A stretch of 35,896 nt of DNA, taken from positions 1 to 35,896 of the forward strand of contig CAXNAA020000020.1 in assembly GCA_964200075.2 (NCBI GenBank), read 5' to 3'. Made by a program: the position numbers and the translations under genes. Source of the DNA: Sphacelaria rigidula (taxonomy: Eukaryota). Numbering within the stretch: the stretch's first letter is position 1; every line of letters starts with the position of its first letter. The notes below the pieces were generated by a model. The model ran no database searches. It worked only from the letters and a program-made list of their open reading frames with translations, and was not told where the DNA came from. Below are positions 1 through 9,731 of this stretch, in pieces.

Positions 1-367
1 GTGCTCGCCCTATTAATTTTTTGCACAACGAGCAATGACTCGAGTGCTCGCCCTATTAATTTTTCGGCCAACGAGCAGCCCAATGAGCACGAGTGCACGA
101 GTGACACTCGTGCTCGTCCGACGTATGAAACTGATGCCGTCGTCGCCAGTTCAGCAGTTTAACTTCAGTCCCAGTTTAATCGACAATATGAACTGCTCCA
201 GTTCACAGCCCTCTGTACAACTGCTGCTCAACCGTCAATACGAGTCGGCACTTTTTCTTCTTGTTTTATGTTCCTTCTTTTCTTCAGAGCGTGTTTCAGT
301 TTCGTTCTTCTTGAGTACGTCTATCATGAGACCACGGCTGGACCCCTGGGGGGTCAGTTAAAGTGCG

Positions 368-369
<2 letters not shown>

Positions 370-403
<34 letters not shown>
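370..403 (+). repeat. (AATC)n microsatellite, possibly the 3' tail of a non-LTR retroelement fragment
   Basis: About 8 perfect AATC units directly after GACCCCTGGGGGGTCAGTTAAAGTGCGAC. The tail interpretation is inference. Confidence 0.85.
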
Positions 404-745
404 CTCTTGGCTGGGACAGCTCGTGGAGGACCGCACTATGGTCGGATCCAACCTTTGATTGAGTCAGGACTAGACTAGCTGAACCAGGGGGGAAATCCTA
501 CATCTGATAATGTGTCAGCACTCAGTACTATTGCACTGTTACACGACACCGACGTGGGTGGTGCAGCTCTCTTATGGAGATATCCCAGTGGTGGCTTACT
601 CATGACCAGGCATAACTAGATCTGAACGTTCTGGACTGACTTCGTCGTGTGTCGTCCCCACTATCGACCATGTGTACATGAAGCTCATGATAAACTCATG
701 TTAAACTCATGATGATAACGTGAGTCGATGATGACGTTATGATAC

Positions 746-1380
746 CTTCACAGGATCATTACTATAGCTCCAGCCTCGGTTCGGACTCCCCGTGGCTTTC
801 TCATTGGGCAGCTTTGATCTCTGCTTCGCTCCTCCACTGCCCCTAGACTCTCCGTCTGCACTGCCAGCCGCTACTACCGTTCGAAGAGGCGGACTGTTGC
901 AACGGTATTGAGGAGGCACTAAATTGGTATGTGCTCGCCTGCGATACTGTAGAAGCTGTGTATATCGTGGACTTGCAGCATGCTGCCGACAGCGAGGGAC
1001 GGCTGTGAACATGAGTGTGTTCTGGCTCGTAGAAGCGGCAAGGCCACGAAAAGGCTGCATGCCCCCACTTCGCATGCAGACAGCACTGCAAGTGTGACTT
1101 GACCATGGCGCTCTACCTATATTCTTGTTTACGACCATGGCATCAGTACCTATACTCAGACCCGTGTTCGAAAATGGTCAAGGAAACGAAGATTCTAATC
1201 CCATTTTTGAACAATAATTAATGCTGTACTGTCTATGATACCGTACACCCCGTCCTTGCTCCCTCACACACACTGATATTGGCGTTTGAATCGGATTTTC
1301 TCGGCAACCGCTTCATGGCACTGATAGCTTTATCGTCGGAAAGGTCCAGTCGAGATCGCGACGGAGCATCGTTCCAACTC
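746..1380 (-). CDS. Two candidate internal exons (1249-1380 and 746-893) of an unidentified gene running off the left edge
   Basis: Both segments have AG acceptors and GT donors, are phase-compatible and are open: SWNDAPSRSRLDLSDDKAISAMKRLPRKSDSNANISVCEGARTG|PPLRTVVAAGSADGESRGSGGAKQRSKLPNEKATGSPNRGWSYSNDPVK. No recognisable domain. Confidence 0.35.
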
Positions 1381-1399
1381 CTATTAATAACAGGGTCTT

Positions 1400-1779
1400 G
1401 CTATTTACGTCAACGTTGACGTAATCTGTTACATCCCTCAACGTTCAGCATCCATTCCACAATCCCCGCATGGACACAGCAACACATGGAACACACTCAC
1501 ACAGTCTCTAGCTATCGTTCAAGCAATCGCACGGAGCAAACGGACCCGTAACGGATGAGATACATGCTTATGGCAGAGTGAGCACTCTTGTGGCATGCAA
1601 CCATGCATCATGCATGTATCTCATCCGTTACGGGTCCGTTTTCTCCGTGCGATGGCTTGAACGATAGCTAGAGACTGTGTGAGTGTTTTCCACATGTTGA
1701 TGCGTCCATGCGGGGCTTGTGGGACGGATGCTGAACGTTGACGGATGTAACAGAATACGTCAACGTTGACGTACATAGC
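1400..1779. repeat. Long inverted repeat (foldback): 168-bp arms, 44-nt loop
   Basis: 1400-1567 is the reverse complement of 1612-1779 with scattered substitutions and equal arm length. Each outer end carries the perfect 18-bp palindrome TACGTCAACGTTGACGTA. Confidence 0.95.
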
Positions 1780-1895
1780 CTTTTGGAACCCACTGACAAT
1801 TTCTTTTTTTGTGAATCGGCATCATTTTAAGTCATTTTCAATCCAGAGTGATGCCGATTCACAAAAATACAAATCGTCAGTGAGTTCCAAAAGGG
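1779..1895. mobile_element. MITE-like element with CC(C)TTTTGGAAC terminal inverted repeats (piggyBac-like ends)
   Basis: CCTTTTGGAACCCACTGAC ... GTCAGTGAGTTCCAAAAGGG followed by TTAT. Internal inverted repeat TTGTGAATCGGCATCA/TGATGCCGATTCACAA. A related copy lies at 33980-34154. Confidence 0.75.
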
Positions 1896-4105
1896 TTATA
1901 ATATAGATATATTTCGGCGCTCACAGTAGTAGTAGTACAGCGCGTCTTTTTCATACATTGGCTTGACATTCGCACATATTTCTATGAGTAGTTATTTGAG
2001 TCGACTTCAAGGAAACACAAAAAAAAATGCTGTTCGAGAGATGTTCGTTGCCCAAAACTCTCGACTCGAGTCTAGAGCTCACTAGTTTATGCATCGCATC
2101 ACACATCAGTACTGCTTTTTGATATGTAGGCGCATACTTGCTCCTCATGTTCTGGGCGCAACTGCACATGAAACATCATAAAACACCTGACACTCCTATG
2201 TGCGACCTGGACGTTCAAGTGCGAGTCTAAACCAACGAGCGAAAATACTTACCATAAAAAACGTGCTGGAGGGCCAGATCGAGGTAGAACTGGTAGCTCG
2301 ATTGCAGCTGCCTCTTTGGGCCTGTGCTCCCCGGAGCGCAGGCCCCGGACAGCATCTCGGGGGTGTTTTTCAAAAGAGGCGGAATATTGCGCATCATGTG
2401 AGTTAAGACAATGTTGTTGTGTGTTTTCGTCGGTGGGTTGTGATGGCAAGCAGCTCGCGAATAAAAATTATAGAAGAACGCCTCACGCGTACGATCCCGT
2501 ATTGTGTGTTGCCTTGCAGTCCTGCTCCCGGCCGCGCCGGAGGGGGTACAAGAAGGCAGCTTTTGTGTGATGGTCTAAGTGGTATCGATGAACGTTTAAG
2601 TTAGAAGGGGTGGGCCACATGGGCACCATAGTAACATGGATCTTACATCTCAACATCATGCTATGAATTGCCCAGTTCTATTCAAGGCAGACTGTATACT
2701 GTACTGTTCTTGTATTATAGGTGGCAGTACGAGTAAAGATTCAAGAGTATCCTCCGCCCTTGATCGTGCCATCGCGTTCCTCTCCTAGGTGCCAGAAAGC
2801 TCGCGCACGCCCTCCGCCAACGAGCGGCGCCATCTCCCACTGATCTCCCAACGACCGCATGGAACATAGCAGTGAAGGGGAGGAGCCATGACGCGTCACG
2901 TGAAGACAGCGTAGGTTGTGTATCAGTAGTATTGAACACTCAACCATTACCCAGACAGATTTGGCACAAGTACCACTACTTGTAGGGAGTATGCGTTTTG
3001 TCCCATCACCCTTGAGATAGGTAGTAGAGTCGGGAGTTGTACGCAGGTACGGCAAGCTTCCCTAGGCCTCCCTACAAGCATGCAAAGATGAAGAGCGTGA
3101 TCCTCTGTAGTGCTTTATATCAAGCACGAATGAATGGATGGGAGAGCGCGAGTAGGCTACTATGCCGCCATTATTCATGAATGAATCACTCATCAGTACT
3201 ATCATCAACATGTAATTCAACGTGCCCTTACACAGGTGAAATTACTGTGCTAAGATAACTTCTATAGTATATTACGTCGACCCCCACCTTTTTCCGACTC
3301 CATAACTTTTGGGATTTTCTGGATGTCACACTATGACCTTGCACCGCTGACCAGTACAATAGTATGTAAACACGATTCGAAACAGATGACTCGAGGAACA
3401 CTTGAGAAACGATCCACTGTGAAACCTGTGCGACAAGACATGCAGATCACCTGGCAACTCTGTGACTGTGGTTTGACACGGTAGCCAAAGGACACTACAA
3501 TCGTTATATTCTAAACGCGGAATGCGCAGCGTACCTGAACGACGAGCTAGCCTTGCGCAACGGCATAACAAGCGTTGTATCTCGTACTACCCCTTTCGTT
3601 CACCTCCCTCATCCCGCCCTTCGGTCTCGTACACACTGGGACACGCTCGCTGCTCGATTTGCGGTTGATTTCAGGTGCCGGAAATGCGCCATGAGTACAT
3701 TTTCATGAGCTGTGTGGAGCCCCTATGATATTGATTCGAGATCCGCAAGGCCCCTCAGCGTCCTTTGAAGTGTTTTTTCTATTTGCGACTGCGTATGCGT
3801 GTTTTGTGGTGAGGTAAAATCTTCGATGGCGGGGCTTTTCAACGCTGGTGGCCGAAGAAAAATTGTATTTGTGGGCATAAAGGAGTAGCGAGAGTGTGCA
3901 GTGTGGAGCATCCTTTCCAACCTGCGTCCAGCGCTGAAGCATGTAAGCGATAGTCGTTTCAGTCCGTCGAGCGACCGTACGACTCCCTATGCGTATACCG
4001 TGTCCATTGTGTAGTGACAGCGCGTTTTGAGATTGGCTATTATAGTGTGTCGCAAAGGCATTTGTTGCGTTCGAAAGCGTCGGACGAATTGTGCATATTT
4101 TCGAA

Positions 4106-4988
4106 CGCTATGGGGTGCATAGATTCGATTCGATGTGTCCAGGTGTTTCTCGCCGTACACTGTGTGTGGAGACACACACGACGCGCCGTGTTCGTGCTGC
4201 GAGGTGTGACGCGTGATGTGTGCGTCGACTCGATTCGATGCCATTGGCTGCTGCGCGCCGCTTCGCGCGCTCCGTAGCGCGGCACACAACGTATCACGGA
4301 CGCGGTCCGAGGCGAGAAAAAGACAAGCGCCCAGACATGCGTGCCCGAGGGGATATTGGACGTACCATGTCTTGGAGTTTTGTGCGTTTTGAGAGCTTCG
4401 AGGATCCGAGATATTTGGTAAATGTTCGATCGAAGCGCTATAGGTGCATCGATTCGATTCGATGTGTCCAGGTGTTTCTCGCCGTACACTGTGTGTGGAG
4501 ACACACACGACGCGCCGTGTTCGTGCTGCGAGGTGTGACGCGTGATGTGTGCGTCGGCTCGATTCGATGCCATCGGCCTCTGAGCGCCGCTTCGCGCGCT
4601 CCATAGCGTGGCACACATCGTATCACGGACGCGGTCCGAGGCGAGAAAAAGACAAGCGCCCAGACATGCGTGCCCGAGGGGATATTGGACGTACCATGTC
4701 TTGGAGTTTTGTGCTTTGTGAGAGCTTCGAGGATCCGAGTTATTTGGTAAATGTTCGATCGAAGCGCTATAGGTGCATCGATTCGATTCGATGTGTCCAG
4801 GTGTTTCTCGCCGTACACTGTGTGTGGAGACACACGCGATGCGCCGCGTTCGTGCTGCGAGGTGTGAAGCGTGATGTGTGCGACGGCTCGATTCGATGCC
4901 ATCGGCCTCTGAGCGCCGCTTCGCGCGCTCCATAGCGTGGCACACATCGTATCACGGACCCGGTCCAAGGCGAGGAAAAGACAAGCGT
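4106..4988. repeat. Tandem repeat, 329-bp unit, about 2.7 near-identical copies
   Basis: GATTCGATTCGATGTGTCCAGG recurs at 4122, 4451 and 4780, an exact 329-bp spacing. The ORF track shows the same peptides repeated in shifted frames. Confidence 0.97.
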
Positions 4989-5719
4989 GTATGAAGTGAT
5001 CGTTGCCCTCGACCAATAATGCAAATCTTGTGAATGTGCTGTTTGGTAGACAAGAGTGAGGTATTCGGGAAGTGGGTGACGTGGATAGGCGGTGCTTGTT
5101 TCGGTTGAGGTAGATTGGAACCACGTCGTGCGTCCATGTGTCTGTGCGTGATGCAGAGTCTGGGCTGTGTTGGGCGCAGTGCGTGTTTGTTTCTGTGGCG
5201 CTTGAGATGCGTCGCTTGAAAGTTGACTGATTGATGTCGGAAACGTGACAACACTAGTAGGAAAGCAATATTTGACGAAAACCGTCGCGGTGCGAGAGTG
5301 TCAGTCATGATCCAATCCGCGATACCAAAAGGCCGGGCAAGTGCCGGCGGAAAGATTGGTTGTTCCCTTTGCACTCCGGACTTGTTCCGATTGGGTAAAT
5401 GAGTGAAATGTATTACGAAGAGGCAAAAGAAGTCCGGTACTCCGTCTCTACCAACACGGTGCAATCAGGCTTCATGCACAGTGTTCTCAATCCGAACGTA
5501 CCCTGTCGAAAGCGTTTCAGCGCCAGGTGTGAACAGGTGTCATGGTAACGAGAATAGCATCAACCGTAGTTTTGCCGCTGTGACGTCAAGGACCACCAGG
5601 CTGCACCCTGAGTAGTACCGACAGAGAGCGGTAAGAGAATAATGTTGTGATACAGAAAAACCGCACGATGGGGATTAATTTACTGTAGGCTACTATTTTC
5701 GCGCATATCACCTAACTGC

Positions 5720-6560
5720 TCATCTTTTTCTGGGGAGCACCATCTTTCACCGACGCCTTTCCTTCCGTCCTTGGTCTGTTTTTCAGCCAATCCTGCGCAC
5801 TACTCTTTTCTTCTAGCTGTTTCTTTTAATTTCTTTTTTGTGTCTGTGTGCACGGCGCTGCCGTCATCTGATCTCGCCTCGTCCTTCGTTGATAGCGACG
5901 TTCAACCAGACTCAGCGAGAGATAGCATCCCTGGGAGAACGATCAGCCACACTCTCTGCTGCTATATCTCCCCTCGACGCACTGCGGTTCTTGATTTGTC
6001 TTGCCCTTTTTTGAAGGGGGGGCTAAGTCCGAAAGGTTCTGAAGCTCCATTTTTCATGTCTTCAACTTCTGACTCGCCCGCGCGACGTTTCGAATAGTTG
6101 GACGGCGCCTCCCTGTTTTTCTTCCTTTGTCTCTCCAACCCGATGTCGCTGTCCACGCTACCGACAGACGTTTCTTTTGATGTAGGCCTTGAGCTCAACC
6201 CAGAGCCGGAAGCAGGTTTGCTTGCGTGCTTTTCCGACTCACTTTCGAAACTGCTCTCAGAGAGCGGCGTAACATCCAAAGACGGAGAAGGAAGCGGCGC
6301 AGTATCGGAAGAACGGTCGCTGCCCGAGCTTGAACATGACAATCCGCCAGGTACTGTTGGACAGCAATTCCGGGAAGAGCCTAATGATGCTGATTAGCCG
6401 CCAATTGATGCTGACTAGCCGCCAATTGATGATGCGCTATTAGATGACGACGCCGAGGAATCGGGGCCCGACGATGCGCTCTTGCTCGCTGTCTCGTTCG
6501 GCCGTACTTCCGCGATAGAGGAAGAGGAATCCATGGACTCTCCGCCGCCTGAGTCTCTCT
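5720..6560 (-). pseudogene. Decayed Ser/charged-rich coding segment (pseudo-exon)
   Basis: After an acceptor-like TCTTTGTCACACGCAG the frame reads RDSGGGESMDSSSSIAEVRPNETASKSASSGPDSSASSSNSASSIGG*SASIGG*SASLGSS and continues into ORF 5962-6342. The in-frame stops fall in a 21-bp tandem duplication, and more stops follow downstream. Confidence 0.45.
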
Positions 6561-6910
6561 GCGTGTGACAAAGATGGACTGGGTTAATATCCTCTATCTT
6601 TATTGGGTACCGCTTACTACCATCATGCTCACGGTATGACCCATCAGGTCGAAAGACGAACCTTGAGTCGAAGACTTCAGCGTTGCGTGGGCTCGGGAGC
6701 TTGTCGACAACTGTGACACGATATAACTGCTGACTTTAACACGGGATTTTACAAATTGGGGATGGATTTATTATTGAGGATGAGAAACGCGAATAATTAA
6801 AATATTCGTATCCGCACCAAAAATGTGTAAAATATGGTTCCGTTTCTTCACTTGCTGGTATAGATTTTGACAAATACTACACGCCATACAGTGTATTTCG
6901 ATAACCGAAA

Positions 6911-7011
6911 TGTTGGGGTCCTAGGTGAAAATTCATTTCTGGGGGGAAATTTCGGCGATCTAATCGGATCATCTAAATTCCCCCCGAAAATCTTCACCTA
7001 GGACCCCAACA
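6911..7011. mobile_element. 101-bp MITE-like element with TGT...ACA ends and 19-bp perfect terminal inverted repeats
   Basis: TGTTGGGGTCCTAGGTGAA ... TTCACCTAGGACCCCAACA, plus internal GGGGGGAAATTT/AAATTCCCCCC pairing. No clear target-site duplication. Confidence 0.7.
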
Positions 7012-7854
7012 CGTGTAGTAGCTGTCAATAGCTACCAGGAGGTGAAGGAGTGGAACTATATTTCGAAAATTTGGTTTGGATACGAAGATGTCAATTTTCC
7101 AGATTCTCATCCTCAATTAAAAACCCATACCCAATTTGTCAAATCCCATGTGTATTTCAGCGTGATTCGTATACTGTCGTCCTTCTTGGGGACGACCACT
7201 CACGGCAAATAATGGCAAAACCCAAGGAAAGGAGAAGTGTCGTATCAAGCCCGCTCGTGAACATACATCCAGTATAGTGTTCACGTCTTCGGCGAGGGTT
7301 AGCTTTGTCAGATATGGTCTTGAAGAGATGGGTGTTGCGCGGTGTTGGAGCTTTCGCCCGAAGGGTAGCATCTTGCAAAGCCCTAAATTGGTTTGGATCA
7401 TTAAAATCGATACTGATAGATGAGTACGCCATCACTTAGGTTTTGGATAAGGGCTGGTTTCCCTCTGGACCCATGGAGGTCGAAGGTCGTGTCGCCCGAA
7501 TGCGGTGGAACACTTGCCCCACATGAGCAAGAAGTTACCCCCAGAAGCGTCGGTTGATGCTCGAGAACTTTTGTGGAGAGAGAGGTTGTCTACCGACGAG
7601 GCGGAATCCGAGGGATGCATTTGCGGCGGTGTCGGGAGCTTCACGTTGAAACAGTCGTCATCATTACAGTGAACGAGGGTTCCGTTCAAGGGGTGGTGGG
7701 ATGCGCTTGAAAATGATCGATACCAGTCTCCGGAGGTTTGTGCATCGAGGAGCGGTGGCGATTCCCAAAGTGTCATCGAGTTCCGAATCAGCATGTGTCA
7801 TGAAAGGTGAGGTTTCTTCTCCAACCGGTACAAAATATCCCATATCGACCGGCA

Positions 7855-8228
7855 ACAATGTTTTCGTGATATTTAGAGTAGGGGATATGATTGAGAGTGG
7901 AAAGCGGTCAATCAGTGAATGAGTCGTTTCAGTTCCGAAATGCCCCTTCACGAGGCCCGATATGCTTCCTGTAGTAGCTTGCCACTGAGGCCCTAAATAT
8001 CCCTGAGTAGGGTATCGACGTGTAGCTGTGAGCACACGCTAAACAGTGTTTTCGTGAAATTGGCAGTAGAGGATACGATTGAGAGTGAAAAGCGGTCAAT
8101 TAGTGAATGAATCGTTTCAGTTCCGAAATGCCCTTCCACGAGGTCCAATACGCTTTTTGTAGTAGCTTGCCAATGAGGCTCTCAATCTTCCTGAGTAGGG
8201 TATCGACGTGTAGCTGTGAGCTCACGCG
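7855..8228. repeat. Tandem duplication, about 188-bp unit, 2 diverged copies
   Basis: TGTTTTCGTGA...GATTGAGAGTG(G/A)AAAGCGGTCAAT...CCTGAGTAGGGTATCGACGTGTAGCTGTGAGC occurs at about 7855-8040 and 8042-8228. Confidence 0.9.
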
Positions 8229-8239
8229 AGTGATGAAGG

Positions 8240-8454
8240 CAAAGAAAAGCACACACAGAATGAAAATTGGCTGAGTTAAAGCGAGTGATCGAAGCCACTT
8301 TCAATCAGCACTCTACTCTCAATTTCACGAAAACGTTGGTGCTATTATTGGAGTCAAAGAAAAGCACACACGGAATGAAAAATTGGCTAGGTTCAAGCGA
8401 ATTACCGAAACCCCTTTCAATCAGCACTCTACCCTCACTCTCATGAAAGCGTTG
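8240..8454. repeat. Tandem duplication, about 115-bp unit, 2 diverged copies
   Basis: CAAAGAAAAGCACACAC(A/G)GAATGAAAA...CTTTCAATCAGCACTCTAC starts at 8240 and 8355. Confidence 0.9.
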
Positions 8455-8794
8455 TTCGGCATATCGAGACATCTCAGCACTCCAGCCAAGTCATGCCCGG
8501 TAAGCGCGCGCTTGGGGTTATAGTGGACGCGGTATAGCTCGAGAACATATATGGCTAGAAAAGCCGCTCTGGGCACGCAGATGCGTGAGTTGCACGATAT
8601 TTAATTTGCTATATTGCGTGCAAGCGATATTTGAAGTTTGGTTCATTGCGGATATGGCTCTTGAGGGCTTCGCGACCTGTGAGCTCTTATTGCCTACCCC
8701 GCCTGAAAAAGGTCACACCACCGAAGAGTCGCGCCCATGAAATAAGAGGTGGGAACAAAATGTTTTCAGGATTTATGTCGTATGAACAGAGGGT

Positions 8795-9135
8795 GGGGGA
8801 CATACATGTACATATGATTCACGCTCATAAATGAAATGTGGAAAACATGTACCTCTGACTCATGCTGCATGGATGGAAGGGGAGAAACATGTACCTGTAA
8901 TTCACGACGTATGAATGGAAGGTGGGGATGTATGAAAATCGGGAAACATGTACCTATGATTCATTACATGCGAATGGATATTAGGAAACATGTACCGACA
9001 GAGTGATTTCATACCATACGAACGGAAGGTAAGAAACGTGTACTTTCGTCGGTGCTGTACCATACGAATCACGAACTGGGAATGTATACACTACAAGCAG
9101 TGTCGCACGGGTCACGAGCCCAAAAACATGTACAA
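8795..9135. repeat. Degenerate minisatellite (base unit about 42 bp) with core AAACATGTACC
   Basis: AAACATGTAC(C) at about 8843, 8885, 8944, 8986, 9033 (variant) and 9124, mostly followed by (T)GATTCA...ATG(A/G)ATGGAAGG-like sequence. Confidence 0.8.
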
Positions 9136-9731
9136 GTCACAACTCGTGCACGAATCGTATGATTCGTATATACAAATGTTGAATATGAGTCGAATCACAA
9201 TTCCATTCGTCCCAACCGTGAACTGCAGGCCACGGGAGCAAAAACGGTCAACGCTCGCCCGCCGCGTTTAGCCAACTTCGGGCTTGGATCTAGCATCCGC
9301 CAATAAAACCAAACCGTAACTCAGTTTGAACGATCGATTGATTGTCGCAATATATTCACACACAAATTCGTACTAAAAACAGTCAGTTAACAGTATCCGC
9401 CACGCTCGCTCATCATCAAGTACGTTCACCCTACATCTTTTGGAGGGTAAGTTTCACAACCTCCGTACAGCTGCGCAGAATTTGCACTAGAAGAATTTTG
9501 GTCATATGTGCACTGCTGTGTGCACTGCTGTCACCAGCTTCTTACAAAACTGACCCCTCATCTTATAAGCAGGATTTGCTCATAGACCTACAGGTAGCCA
9601 TCAAAATTTTCGATTACATCATTCCTTCATTACGTTATGTAGTATATTCACATTTCCACAACCGTCGTTGTGGGTAAATGGCTAAAAACCAGTCTCAGCG
9701 TTCCCAATAGCCTTTTGATCGCAGTCGGAGG

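Noticed and set aside
3290..3425. RasGEF-like peptide VSQWIVSQVFLESSVSNRVYILLYW in one minus-strand frame
   Set aside because: The resemblance is superficial, no other CDC25-domain segments are nearby, and the upstream candidate exon favours a different frame.
3493..4016. CACTA element bounded by CACTACAA ... TGTAGTG
   Set aside because: The match is only about 7 bp, with no 3-bp target-site duplication and no subterminal repeats between the ends.
3987..5124. ORFs of 209, 301, 228 and 128 aa as protein-coding genes
   Set aside because: They are translations of the 329-bp tandem repeat in shifting frames on both strands, with no domain or splice structure.
8795..9135. CRISPR-like array (repeat plus variable spacers)
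   Set aside because: The core is only about 11 bp, the linkers resemble each other, spacing is irregular, there are no cas genes and the context is eukaryotic.
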